Origin: Phoronis australis
Taxonomy: Eukaryota > Animalia > Phoronida
Reading direction: 5' to 3'
Assembly (NCBI GenBank): GCA_002633005.1
Contig: NMRA01001025.1
Location: 4,893-68,892 of the forward strand
Length of the DNA stretch: 64,000 nt
The notes under the pieces are model-generated. The model saw only the letters and a program-made list of their open reading frames with translations, made no database searches and had not been told where the DNA came from. The position numbers were made by a program, and so were the translations under genes. This document shows, in pieces, positions 1-12,192 of the stretch (positions are counted from its first letter, which is position 1; the number at the start of each line of letters is the position of its first letter).

Positions 1-922
1 CAAAACAGTTGGAACTCAAATGAACCAATGTTTCTATTGCGATAGCGCTCAACATGGTTCAACCGTAAAAGTTTAATACTAAAAAATCAATGCGCGCGGC
101 TGTTTTTGTGCCATTTTTTACAGTTTGTTGGTATCCACAGCACTTGTTTCTATGTCACGTTGATCTTGGTGTCACGCTGAGGCGATCAAGAAAATATACT
201 TACAGATTTAGAATGATTTTTCCTCTAACTTATTACAAGAGGGGGTCTTTAATCTGAAATTTGTCGTATCTTTACGATGAGCCAGAACAACTAATGCGTA
301 CCGGAAATGCGACGTATTCACCATTTTAAGTTTCAACTATGCTTTTTATGCAAACACATGGCTAACTAAATAAACAACCAAATTTGTACAACCCAACATA
401 AATCAAGAATACCCGAAACAAAATAACGACGGTTTTGCACTAGGTGGTGTCAATACTTTCTCAAGGACAACATGATCACCATTCAGGAATTATTCCTGAA
501 CTCATGCACAGGAAACTCAGGCCACGGATATAGACGGGAATAGTCGATGATTTCTGATTTTCGACCGAGCTACAAAATTAATTAAAACTGATTGGAATGA
601 CATAAAAGATAATGATAAAACACCATAAGCCTGATACATATTATTTAACTTACTATGAATTTTCAAAAGATTGAGATAGGATTTTTAAGTAGTGAGCCCA
701 GGTTTTAAAGTCGGGGTACAGAACAGAACCACCTATGGACTTAGTTATCCTAAACCTGTAATGGTGCTCGTATCAATAAACAGGTCGTTATGCTTGTCAT
801 GTCTAAAGGGATTTTTTACAACGGCCAAAGCATATCTAAAGTTTTTCACTTTGTTTTGCAAACATTTTTCGTTTTCTAAAACATTTCGGTGAAATACAGC
901 GAGTAATCTTGTTGTTTTTTAG

Positions 923-1106
923 GTATACGACTGCGCCTCTGTCCTTGTTGAAGCACCTCACAACAGCATTGCTATTTACCTGTTATCAGACGCTGATCAG
1001 CCAACCGTTGGTGAAATTGCCTTTATCCTTCTTCAACGCCGCAGGCATCTTCGCTAAAGCAATGGGCCTCACGTTGAAATTCACAATTCAAGAGTTTTGG
1101 GTGTAG
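923..1106 (+). CDS. SQLE: Terminal coding exon of an upstream tandem SQLE-like paralog (rest of gene lies before the window)
   Basis: Acceptor TTGTTTTTTAG|G at 922/923, phase 2. Encodes YTTAPLSLLKHLTTALLFTCYQTLISQPLVKLPLSFFNAAGIFAKAMGLTLKFTIQEFWV*, 52/60 aa identical to exon 8 at 41115-41298. Resembles the SQLE C-terminal membrane helices (P..L..H...A...Y....S.P...P..........KA........E). Confidence 0.85.
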
Positions 1107-1283
1107 ACTTCACGGATCTGTCGAACTCTACCATAGCTAAGATAAAATGATTAATCAGGGTGTGGGGAACAAATTATCGAAGCATGAGGTGGTGGCGTAT
1201 TAATATTTAGGAATGATGTTGCTCCTCGCCAATCCATGATGTCGATATCTAACGGCTTCGATTTTGGTGTGTGTGTAATATGA

Positions 1284-1352
1284 TCACTTATTATAAACGG
1301 AAACGTCACTTATTATAAACGGAAACGTCACTTATTATAAGCGGAAACGTCA
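1284..1352. repeat. Tandem repeat, 22-bp unit x3 (TCACTTATTATAAACGGAAACG)
   Basis: Three near-perfect units. Absent at the homologous position of copy B (about 41500). Confidence 0.9.
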
Positions 1353-1917
1353 TAAATTTCAGGCATTTCGTCTGGAGCTCATTAAGTACCACATGTTTAT
1401 CTATTGACCTTCACTGTATAGCCTCGGACTTTTCCGAAATTTATAATAGTATAGGTTTGTTATAACTTGTAATGGGATCAAAAATTCAACCCACAATTCC
1501 CTGCTCTGATCGTAGTCTCGGACATGCTGTTTACATCAGGCACAGACTAAGCTAAAGACAATCCCATATAGGTAATTTTGATGAATACGTGTTATTGTGT
1601 GGCTAGGTCTTTCCATGTATCTCGAAAAAAGAATAGCGGTGGATTGTGGCGAATGTTGCCGCAGGTCCCACACTCCTGCATGGCTGATCGAAATTGCCGC
1701 CTGTTCAAAATGACAGGATGCGCGAATCTGTTGCTATCGCACTACAGTTTTGGGAAGTCACTAATGTACTGTTTTTATTCCACAAATTTATTCCAGATAA
1801 GGTGATCTTGCGAGTAAGACGAGCATTGATCTCGCGAATTTTTGCGAAGTTTTCGCATAAAAAATGTGAAAATCTTAAATCCCCATTAAAATGTACTAGA
1901 TCGCAAATACCTGTATA

Positions 1918-2128
1918 TTAAGTCTGATCAACACGTCACCTGTTGGCCATATCACGTGACATCAATTATACAATGCAAGTTGTCGTGAAGGCTTAGTGGA
2001 CTAGAACTTCAGCACGTTTGGCAGAAGTTCCTTGGTTCATGTCCCGGTAGGGGCAAAAATTGTTTCAGACTACTATTCATGTTAGATAAAGTGATGTGGC
2101 CAACAGGTGGCATGCAAACCAGACTTAA
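1918..2128 (+). mobile_element. Hairpin/MITE-like element containing a tRNA-like Pol III cassette
   Basis: Imperfect terminal inverted arms TTAAGTCTG..CACCTGTTGGCCATATCAC / GTGATGTGGCCAACAGGTG..CAGACTTAA. Internal A-box-like GGCTTAGTGG and degenerate B-box GGTTCATGTCC. Confidence 0.65.
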
Positions 2129-3159
2129 ATATGTTTGCAGTTTAGTCAAGGTTTATTGCCACGATATGCGTCACTTTAGCATTCCACATACATGTATATG
2201 TCATTTAGTCACAACTTTAAATGGAATGCAATCTATGGAATAGAATACGAACCCGAATGTGAAATGCCGATTGTCTGTGAAACTTGTGAACTGTTTTCTG
2301 GCGCATTGTGGATTGCAGGAATGTACTATTTGCTGACCTCTCAACGCACCTGTTTTTGATGTAGATTTAACGCAGGAATGTGAAAGTACTGATAAGAATT
2401 GGCTATACGCAGGGATAATTTTGAGAGCAAGTGCCGCGTCAATGGTGCAAAAATAATTTCAATAACGCACTCTGATTGCTTAATTTACTTGGGCCAACAG
2501 TCCCATTAACACTGGAAACTAAAAAGGACAGAAAAACAACATGGCCCATAGCACCGCCAAATTGGCCCATAGACTCGAAACCGTGTGTTTCAATTCATCT
2601 TTATTAAAACTATTCCTAAACTACTTTTATTGAAATGATAAAAAATCGTAATTCTTGTGATCATGTGCCCCCCCCCCTCCACGCAACAGGCCAAGCCTTC
2701 AGAATAGACATCCTTGGACCTACAAAGACTAATATTTATGTTTCTAGGGCCCTCAGTGAAAGATAAAACACAGGCGTCCCATTAACCTCAGCGCACTTTC
2801 CGATTCTCCTGTGTTTGCATACGGGCGTCGGTATGCCACTTGTCACGAAGTCAGAAACGTCTGAACACATTAAAGTGTTTGCTTGAACACCATCGTGGAT
2901 CACAAGGCCAGTTTACACGTCCCGATTTTGCATTCGTGAGTAAATATACTCATACGAAAAACATGTCAAGTTTTTTGTGGTAAATCAACATGCGTTTCGA
3001 GGGAATTAGCGGCAAGGCAATAGCGGATTTGCAGCGCAGACGAACTACGCATTGCGCATGTGCGAGTTACTTCCTTCGCGAAGGCTCATGGGATAGCTTG
3101 TGGTCAGGCATGTCTTGAGCAGGCTGGATAGTGTATGCATTTGGAGTGATTTGCAAACT

Positions 3160-4414
3160 AAAAACCACGTTTCATTTTTTTGCTTTATAATACCAAGCAA
3201 GTCCTCTCTCTCGTTTGTAAACACAGCGTAGCTATGATCAGTGACCGTGTGACCGAGGGCACGACTGTCGTCATGTTCAGTATTGGGGCTATCGGCGTTG
3301 ATTTCGAAATCTCCTCCGGTTTCAGACAAGTTGAGAGTTCTTGGGTTGCTTAACTTTTGTAGCTTTCGCCGTGGATATGCTAGAGACGTTAATTTTAAGA
3401 GGAAACTCCGTCGGAATGTTGTTCTCATAAGTCCTTTTTCCACCAGGAAAATGTTCGCTGCACACACGATGGCCCCTAGGCAATTACATCGCACTGGATG
3501 CCGCAGGCATTCAGGGGCGATAGTACATCCTCACAAAAAGTTACTCATTTCAAAATACAGCAAATAAAATCAAATGAACCATACATATAGGAACACGGAG
3601 TTACAATTAACACATACCACGACTCAGGATACAATTTAGTCAGCAAAACTTGAACAAATCGATGAAAATCTGTCGCGGTTTGCTCGAGTTTCTCTCAGTT
3701 ACCGGGTGCCATTTTGAGGAAGTTACGTGAAAATTACGCATGTTGACGAATAAAAAGTCCAAGGGACACACATCTTACAAGTTTCACCCGATACCTTCTC
3801 ATGCTATTTTACAAGTGTCGCGCGCTAGCGTCACGCGCTTCGCTCAGTCTCGCGCTAACCCTTGCCTAACTCACATGATTCAGTTGACATGCTTTGTGGC
3901 TATCGTGCACGCGGTGATAAAATTAACGGCAACAAAAAAGTGGAGTTGTAATTCTTCGCCAAAGTCAACTTAATTCTCACAACTAAGCTTCATCAAAGAT
4001 ATGTATAGAAGTAGAAAGGACCAATGAAGAAAGTAAGCGTTTTTTAAATGAAAGTTTTAAGTGTAGATTGTATTTTTGACGAGGTGAAAACTCGAAATCG
4101 GTATCCCAAATCCGGTCACGGCCAGTTTAAAATACACTGAAGTAACGAAATGAATACAGAAAGCGAATGGAAGTATTGTAGCCCCTATATGGCCAACCGA
4201 GGGGCTACGTGTTGCCTACTAGATGGCCCCGCGTTGGTTTGAATGCGCTAAATCTCGCCTTACTCCCAGCTCTCCTAATGTTGTTTATCCATTTTTCACG
4301 AAGTTCTTGGTTTGCAGGGAACACATAAAAACTCAGATTTTTATCTCTCTTGTTGTTTTTGAAGCAGCCAGGAACACAACATGTGTATCCGCCGTAAGTT
4401 TTCTTCGCGCTCAT
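3160..4414 (-). pseudogene. Disrupted THAP-domain ORF (probably from a DNA transposon), split by an insertion at 3477-4221
   Basis: ATG at 4414. Removing the insertion gives in-frame MSAKKTYGGYTCCVPGCFKNNKRDKNLSFYVFPANQELREKWINNIRR...KPTRGH|RVCSEHFPGGKRTYENNIPT (C2CH THAP with FP, W, VCSEHF, IPT). After a frameshift there is a DHSY HCF-binding-type motif at about 3228-3239. Confidence 0.85.
3477..4221. mobile_element. About 745-bp non-coding insertion flanked by a 9-bp direct repeat
   Basis: GATGGCCCC at 3468-3476 and 4222-4230. Short terminal similarity TAGGCAA / TTGCCTA. The right part (3981-4222) recurs at 20232-20447. Confidence 0.8.
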
Positions 4415-5425
4415 ACCGCGTATTATGCTTGTTACTATGGCCGCTTTCGGAATCCTGACCACAGCACCCACAATGCACCATATTAACCTAATTTCAATAT
4501 GGCGTCGCTGCAAATCCGCTATTAGATCAAGCCACGGGTGGCGGAGGCATTTCTTGCTAGTATTGACCGGCGCACTCTTTGTGAATATCATCTTGACAAA
4601 ACTGGTTACTGTGGCGGAAATTTAATAAGAAACATAGAAAACTATCAGGAAGAAGATTCACAATGACAGGAATTTTGTTTTTTACGAATCGTAGGATTTG
4701 AGTGTGTGTTAAGTAAGGCAAAATATGTGCTAATAAAATTTAATGAGGTCACGAGTTTCACATGTCCTTTTATTTATTATGACCTTGAGGGGTCATTCAA
4801 AATCTGGCGTGAACAAGGGCAACAAGAATAATTGCATGAAATATCGAACCAAGAGAAATATTACATGGACTTGATATGTCCCGAAAATTGATTCTCCCAC
4901 CATGCGAATTCTTTACTCGTCTTTTAAAAATGTTAAACACGGCTTTGCCTGCATTTCATTGATCCGGAAGTGATAAATTTCCAGAATACGACTAATTTCA
5001 ATTAGCTTTGAAATTTGTCGGAAATATGTTCTGCAGTCTTAGATAAAGCTGCATTTTGCCGTGTATAGCTGGCTAAAAATGGCAATCGAATAAGATCTTT
5101 TACTCTCATAAAGAGGTTCCATAAGGGCCTTATAGTGACAGGAATATGTTTCGGTAATCAACAAGAGCATCAAAACCCTCGTCGACTAAAAAAATGCTTT
5201 GGGATTTTAACCCTGAAATTAAAAAATCGAAAATGGGTGACCTACGTTGGTAACAGAATTACGTTAAAGGAGAATGCCACTTTATTAGTATTTTTACCAT
5301 CTTAATCGGTCTATGTCCACATCGCCTCTTATACGGTCGACCTCACCTTGCCGAGAGGTGTCGCATTAACCTGTGAGGAAGGTGAGAAACGACGCACCGA
5401 CGTCAGTGGTTCGTTTTCAAAGTGA

Positions 5426-5627
5426 ATGCCGCTCTTTTGCAGTGAATCTTTCCCGCTTGTCCGAACTATGATCCTGCGAAGAAAGCGGGTATATCGTTTT
5501 TTCGACTTCCTCGAGAACTCGAAATGCTCAGGAAGTGGCTGGCGGTAGTGGATAATGAAAAATACGCAAATATGAGGCCGTGAAACATCTCCGTGTCTGT
5601 GGCCGGCATTTCATCGACAGTGATATC
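5426..5627 (+). pseudogene. Frameshifted THAP domain
   Basis: MPLFCS../ACPNYDPAKKAGISFFRLPRELEMLRKWLAVV.../KHLRVCGRHFIDSDI, across two frameshifts. Confidence 0.8.
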
Positions 5628-6178
5628 TCTGGCGAATTCCGGCTTCCCAAAGAACCACCCATATACGTTCCGTTACCTGTGCATGTTCACGGCGCCTCTC
5701 TAGTATTTCTCAGATCAGTGTATTCCGGTTCGAACTGATAGTCTGTGAAACCTAACGATCCGACCCGTGAACTCTTTGTCGGATAAGCTCTTGACTAAGT
5801 CGGGATTGGCGCCGGCGAGTTGCCATGTAGTCGTTTATTATTTAGCGTTCTGTTTCAAAATGAATTATTCCCATCCTAACCAATACTTATATAAAACTGA
5901 AATAAAATCTGCCTCATTAGATACAATTTGTAATGCCTTTGCAGTATTCGTGAGTGCAAATGTTGAGAAGCCAGCAATGAATAAATCACTGCGTTACCGG
6001 CTTTTGATTCCGGCAATAAAGGTAATTGACCGGGCACCGAGGCCGTGAGAGCGCATGCTAATTCAGTGGTGTTTGCTGGCAGAAAGCTGNNNNNNNNNNN
6101 NNNNNNNNNNNNNNNNNNNNNNNNNNNNNNNNNNNNNNNNNNNNNNNNNNNNNNNNNNNNNNNNNNNNNNNNNNNNNN

Positions 6179-6503
6179 TCCCCGGAGGGTTGTAGATAGA
6201 CACGATTGTAGTGGTTTTGCTGTTGATGCGGCATTCAACCGCCACTACTTCTGCTGAGAGCATATTTGTGTCAATGGGAGTGAAATCAACCCCTTGCCTG
6301 ACAAGGATGCCCACCCCGCCGCCCGAGCGGTCGGAGCGATCTCTCCGTACAATGCTGTAGCCAGGTATTGTGAATTTGATTTTGTCGGACAGGCCGGTTT
6401 CGTTCATGGATACTACGTCTGGTTTTTCGTCGGCAAGATACTCTATTAGAGTTTGCCGTTTTCCTCTCGCCCCATTGAGGTTGATGTGTAGTAGACTAGC
6501 CAT
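6179..6503 (-). CDS. LINE ORF2 N-terminal APE endonuclease (truncated by gap)
   Basis: MASLLHINLNGARGK..PDVVSMNETGL..IPGYSIVRRDR..GGGVGILVR..IVSIYNPPG are canonical APE motifs. Confidence 0.92.
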
Positions 6504-6543
6504 GACGGAAACACGTGGTGTCTCTTTTGTTACTGTCAAAATT

Positions 6544-6959
6544 TCACTGTCTGGTTACCAGCTGGAGGACCTGTGAGCCATTCAGATCTGTCTTGTAGTT
6601 TGTGTTGACCGAGTCAACGATCAGCTGACTGACTTCCTCTTTTGCGAAGTCAAGCCCTAGTTTCTTTGCCATTATGCCCACCGCCAGCTCGGTGAGCGTC
6701 ATTGCCAGTCTGAGGACCTCGAGGTTGTTTGACGGGCCCTTAGCAGCCTGGGCATATGACAGCTGCTTTGTTTTCGTTGCTGTCTTATACTCCGCGTAGG
6801 ACTTGCATGACCTGTGGTTCGCTGGGTGTGGGCCACCGCAGTTAGCACAGGTCGGCGCATCCTCGCGTTTGTCACATTCGGATGACTTGTGGTTATTACC
6901 ACAGTGGTTGCATTTGTCCACTTCGGACTTGCAATCTGTGCTGAAGTGGCCGTATTCAC
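6544..6959 (-). CDS. LINE ORF1 (gag-like) C-terminal part with zinc knuckles
   Basis: ..YGHFSTDCKSEVDKCNHCGNNHKSSEC..PTCANCGGPHPANHRSCKSY..SYAQAAK, typical of ORF1 CCHC/PRE_C2HC regions. Confidence 0.85.
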
Positions 6960-8189
6960 GGCAGAAAGCTGTTGTGAAACAATTACTCGATTTTATATGC
7001 TATGGTCACGTGTTAGGGGAATCTTTATTTGGAAATACGAATATATTATTCAAATCATTGTTACTGTACAACCTTTGCGTTGATGGTCTGTGGAAGGGGA
7101 GCCCGACTTCGCGGCCCCCGAGAAGTAGGTAAATTTTCAGTTTCGTGGCTAATTCACATAAATAATTACGTGCACATTATTTTTTGGCTCACTATCATAG
7201 TCTTTTCGTGACTGTAGGTTTAGTTTCCAACTCAAGCTGGTTTATGTTGGTTTCAGTCTCGGCGGCCGCGATGGATCTGATCGGGTTCCGAGCCACTGGC
7301 CGGGATAACAAGCGTTTTGTTTGTTTTACAACTCAAAAAATCACAAGTCTAAACAACAAAGGTCTAGGTTCTCCTGTTTGTATTTCACGGAAGAATACTT
7401 CGAATTTATCTCCGAACAGACCCCAAACTCCTGCTACGGACCTTGGTAAATTGGCCTGTCGATCTTTGTAGGCTACAGTGTGTCCAAATACCAATAAATC
7501 CGTAAGAGCTAAATAAAACAATACGTTTTTATAAGAACTCGGTGTATTTTTAAGGGTTTTACATCGAAGTTTGATGATTTATTGGTATTAATCGATGAAT
7601 TCAAGCGATAAGCTGACACCAGTAACCCGTGTAGTGAACTGCTGAACCGACTGCGTGTGAAACCAATGACGTCATTGGATATTTTCAACACCTCCGTCTG
7701 CCGTCAGGTGTTAGGTAACGCAACCGAATGTGCCGTTATCGAGTAGAACTACTTGATCTAATTTGATACAAAATAGGTTGTTTTGGGCTGGCATTCTCCT
7801 TTAAGGAGAGGCAGAATAAAGGGACAATTCGAGCTTCGTTTTACAGCCGGCGAATGCTTCTAATAACTACAATGGTTCGTGCATTATTAAAAACTTTCAG
7901 TTTCTGTTTCACGGACCTGTTTACACTATATCCCCTGAAGCAGATGATTGGATCAGAACATTTTACTTACCCAGAATCCCGTTTGGCGTACAACTTTGCA
8001 CCTAAAACCTTCTACTTTGTCAGGACTTGAATTTTTTTAGTGTTTCATTCGTTTCCAATGTACTCTTCTCATTTCACCACTTCTATGATGTTAGCCACGT
8101 GTGACGTATTTGACACTACATAACTATTTTATCTTCAAGAACAACACACACTCAATACGCGTAGATGTGAGTCTCAAGAAGCCTGAGGT

Positions 8190-9470
8190 TTTGTTTAAGT
8201 GAGGGGGTGCGAATCAAATTTGAGGGCAATCTTCCGCCCCTTCCCTACGGTCATCTCCGTCACCACCTGGTTACACTCCAAGCCACGAGATCGACACCAG
8301 TTTTACATCCCTCCACCTGCACAAAACCTTCGCCGACACTTTTACCTCTGGCCATCACTTTCGTTCTTTTAGCAGGCACGTACGAATGCAAACATTATTG
8401 AGGAAGGGAGGCACAAACTAATTCAACTTCACCAAATTTCCCCCGTGGTCCCCAAGTTATATTCCTCCTTATAGCCACCACTTATTAGTCTCCCCTTGTC
8501 GAACCCAGCTTCGCACCCGCTTCCCATATGTGTTCGAACTTTGTTGTTTGGGACGCAAACCTAATGGAGCCGGCCTCTTACAACTTGGATACCCAGACTT
8601 CAGCAGAATTTCGCGAGGAAAGGTGACTTATTACACTCCAGTAGGTTTCGCTGTTGGCGCACGATTTTGAACATGAGGGCTATCTTTCATGAATTTCAAG
8701 AGAAGCCAAAAATGTGCACTGCCAAAATCATTATTTCAATCGGTACAAAAGTAGCGTATGAAAACAGTATCTTGTACCCAATGTCTAGAGAAATGCATGG
8801 AGAAAAAAGGTCACCTGGAAATGAATAAATGGAACTTCGTGTCGGAAACTTGGATTATAAGTCAAAATTCATTTATTAGGGTGTGGTTTGGGGAAATTTC
8901 ACATGGTTCATATATTGAAAAGGTGCGGTTCTTAGCGAACTGGTGCGCTGCCTAAGGGGCTGCTTTTATATTCCTTGTTGAAAATAAGCACCCGAGTTTC
9001 GAGCGGCTGACACCAGGGGGCGTAAATGGTACGAGGTTTCCCAAAATTCATAATCCTGTATCAATAAGTTACCGAATTTTCATTTTTAGAATTCAAATTG
9101 ACAAAAACATCCAGTGCACTTTGTTGTTCACTGTAAGGTTGATGGAGATTTTCCAGAATTCAAGTTCACTGAAGCAGGTATCAATTCCTTACAAGAGTAG
9201 GTTATGATAATAAAAAATCGTTTATGAATCAATCTATTTTCGTAGAGACATAAACAATGTACATGTAAATCAAGATCCTTCTGGAAATAACCTTCATATG
9301 TCGCGTAATATCTTGGCAACATTATATGAAACCACACGAATTGTAAATTGACTGCCGGTTGTTACGTTGTATAACTTTTTGAAATTCGTAATTCACAATA
9401 TGAAGTTTTTAAGCAATTCCAGAAGTGGTTTGGGCAGATGCGTGTACCTGACGGGCATTCAGGAAACCAA
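8190..9470. repeat. Segmental duplication block 2, copy A; homologous to about 44290-45570
   Basis: Shared collinear runs, e.g. CGAGATCGACACCAG, ACTTTGTTGTTTGGGACGCAA, TCGTGTCGGAAACTTGGATTATAA, GGCAGATGCGTGTACCTGACGG. Confidence 0.92.
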
Positions 9471-9518
9471 AGGAGACATACAGCTGGAATTTGGGGCACC
9501 TTCAAACATTTAAATATT

Positions 9519-9519
<1 letters not shown>

Positions 9520-9581
<62 letters not shown>
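9520..9581. repeat. (TA)n(GT)n microsatellite
   Basis: Directly visible. Confidence 0.97.
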
Positions 9582-9584
<3 letters not shown>

Positions 9585-9879
9585 CGTGAATTCGGGTTCA
9601 TTCCAGCGAGTGCCAGTCATGGTTAAGGAGTAAAATTTGCACTACGAAAATCCCATAAATCTTCTTTCACGATTGCCCGTTCATGCACGTTTGTTACATA
9701 TCTACACTCAACACGGCCATCGAAACAACATATAATTCACAGTCTGTTCGACACAATCAGAACATCAACACCCCACCCCCTTTCATTTTAAAGTAACATA
9801 TTCACTATGAAGATTTCCACAAGAAATAATTCTTCAAGTTATTTGGGAAAAGTAGCAAAACGTTTATCCTTACTACTTA

Positions 9880-10055
9880 TTAAGGTAACTGTGAACCTTG
9901 TTTACCAAGTTGTGCTTATGTGCAAATATCTTAAATTTTGTTAGCTTTAACCTCTACAACGTATATTTTTTCTGAAAATTGAATTAATTTACTGAAAATT
10001 TTTATTATTCTTATTTACTTGTCTATTTCTCATGAAATATGCGATTTTTAGTATT
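9880..10055. repeat. Dispersed repeat end (TTAAGGTAACTGTG...), with an inverted copy at about 45690-45868
   Basis: TAAGGTAACTGTGAACCTTGTTTACCAAGTTGTGCTTATGTGCAAATATCTT matches the reverse complement of AAGATATTTGCAGATAAGTACAACCTGGTAAACAAGGTCCACAGTTACCTTAA. Confidence 0.75.
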
Positions 10056-11040
10056 TTATTATGCAACTGCGTAAGCGCACTTACAACTCAGCGCGTGGCG
10101 TAAGGGAAAGTTATGGAGGTATTACTTTGCTTAGAAGTAATGTCATTGGTGCGAAAGCGAGAATTTTAGCCTACAATGTTGCAAACCTTTGGAGAGCATG
10201 TGCCTCCTGACTTTTGCACCACACCACTGAGCTTTTAAACAGCCCAGCGCTATAAACCCATGTTCCGTCCCATGATTTGGCCAACTCACCAACTATATTT
10301 TTAATTAGGTTGAAATCCAACCACCCATATGTTTAACTATGCTTGAATTATACATGATGATGTACATGTTAGGTTTAATCTCTTTATATAGTTTCGGTCT
10401 TGAGTTTTTCGTTAACCAACAACGGTCCGGCAGACACAAAATCAGCAAATGATTCACTTAAGAGCCTGAAGCACTGAGCTCATCATGTGACGTCAGCAGC
10501 TGTAGAATGTAAGTCGAGGTGCTTGGTCAAGGTTCTCCATTCAAGTGTATTTTTACGATACATACATGTACATGGAACAAGAACACCAGAGGGGTATGAA
10601 GGTTGTTTTTATTCTTCAATGTTATCTTTTTTTGAAAGCGGACAAATGATTTTTACATTTCCGCCTTAAGTCCTAACATTTTCAAACTTACGCATTTCAA
10701 ACGAACGTTTATGACGAAAACAAAATTCTTCAACCAGTTTTGTAAAGTCCTATACCATCTCTAGGGTACATAATGAACCAATCCCACTCCTAAAGTAACA
10801 AAAAGGTCCCCGTGCATAAAGGATACTAAGAATTGTCCTTCTGAAATATCATGTGAAATGTCAAATCAGATCAAGCGGTTTGGAAGTCCAGTTTTTCTTT
10901 TTAGGAACTTCAGTTGCACTGCTCGCATTTTTTATGAATTTACCGTAGTTGGCTACAGACTGGCCCATTTTTATTAAACAGTCGCAACGCAGAGAAACGT
11001 CTACACAAATTACACCCTGTAGCCTATGCAGCTCCTGGAG

Positions 11041-11115
11041 GAGGCAGTGTGGCCTAGTGTGATAGATGCCTGCTTTCTTTACTCGAGGTCGTGGGTTCGA
11101 ATCCCATTGGGTCAA
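11041..11115 (+). mobile_element. tRNA-derived SINE head (or tRNA pseudogene)
   Basis: A-box-like TGGCCTAGTGTG and B-box GGTTCGAATCC at tRNA-like spacing. No clean cloverleaf acceptor stem. Confidence 0.6.
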
Positions 11116-12192
11116 ATTGCTAAACCGTGAATCAGGTTTCAAGCTCCTCAGCTCGGTTTAACTCTATATTAATAAAGCATAAAAATGGTTCCAAGTAATC
11201 AATGCAATGGGCCCACATGCGCTGCCTGTGCACGTCTGGTACAACGTGTATCATGCCGCCTGAAATTTAAACAAGGGACTCTTTTTTAATTTTGGTCCGG
11301 TATAAATAACGCCACAAACCAGAAAGTCTAGCCAAACACTTCTACCTTACAAATGTGACAGTCCCTAGTCTCAGAAAATTTGAGCACCCAACAAAAGATA
11401 CTAATGATGAAATCCCGGTGATGATAATCATCCACTTTTCTGTTCAACTCAATGATTACACTTAATATTAATGCATTTAACACGATTAATGCATTGTAAA
11501 AACCAAAAGTTATGCTCTATCAACATTACACAAAATCAGTACACCACTTTCTGAAAAAAATGGGTTCAAAGGACATATGTTTCCATCACTTGCAACGTCG
11601 ATTTTCGACATGGATGTTGGAGAGGAACATCAGACTGGCGACAGCAACACGGAATCGTACGAATGCGGTGATTTTCGAAATTTGATTCGTTTTGTTGCAT
11701 GTCTTTTTTCCTTACGGTTCAGGACTACTTGTGGATCCAGGAACAAGGACCGAACGAGACAGGGTTCGTGATAACGTTGGTGAACGGTAACACCTATTTA
11801 AGGTGTTACGACTGTCATCGATATTGTCATCTTCTCTGTTTTCATCCAACGTTACCCGATGAAAACTTAAATGAAGAGGACATTCAGTACTTGAGTGAGC
11901 ACGGTATACTGTGTGATTTATGTTGAATTATTCTGCCGTTCTTTTAAGAACCATTTCACGCTAGAGCTAAGGCTCATGCACAGTACAACCAACGGCCCTG
12001 TTAAGGCCCACTGAACACTTCCCAGACGAACTGCTCACTTGAGAATGTGGAATTATAAATATACAAAGGTTAAACCAGTGAAATCGTTGCAGAGTCACAT
12101 TTTGTAATCCGAACGTAGAAAATATATCTGAAACTAAATAAGGCGATCCAGATCCTCCCAAGGATACTATTGTTTCATGAAATGAAGAATAT

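Larger units (their letters stand above)
70..2865. repeat. Segmental (tandem gene) duplication block 1, copy A; homologous to about 39730-43535
   Basis: Collinear similarity read by eye, e.g. GGCTGTTTTTGTGCCATTTTTTACAGTTT vs GGCTGTCTTTGTGCCGTTTTTTTACAGTTT, CTGAAATTTGTCGTATCTT, TTGCAGGAATGTACTA and AATGGTGCAAAAA-TAATTTCAATAACGCACTCTG. Includes the terminal SQLE-like exon. Ends approximate. Confidence 0.93.
6090..6959 (-). mobile_element. 5'-truncated non-LTR retrotransposon (Jockey/I-group-like) nested in the Kolobok-like element; 3' part lost in the N gap
   Basis: End of ORF1 with CCHC knuckles, then start of an APE endonuclease ORF2. Direct repeat GGCAGAAAGCTG at 6078-6089 and 6960-6971 (TSD). 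Confidence 0.88.
5268..7800 (+). mobile_element. Kolobok-like DNA transposon remnant (TTAA TSD, 12-bp TIR, THAP relic)
   Basis: TTAA|AGGAGAATGCCA (5264-5279) and TGGCATTCTCCT|TTAA (7789-7804). Degenerate THAP domain near the left end. TTAA TSD, purine-purine termini and a THAP domain are Kolobok hallmarks. Confidence 0.75.

Noticed and set aside
11041-11115. Functional tRNA gene
   Set aside because: A and B boxes are present, but no convincing acceptor and anticodon stems or terminator. Treated as a SINE head.
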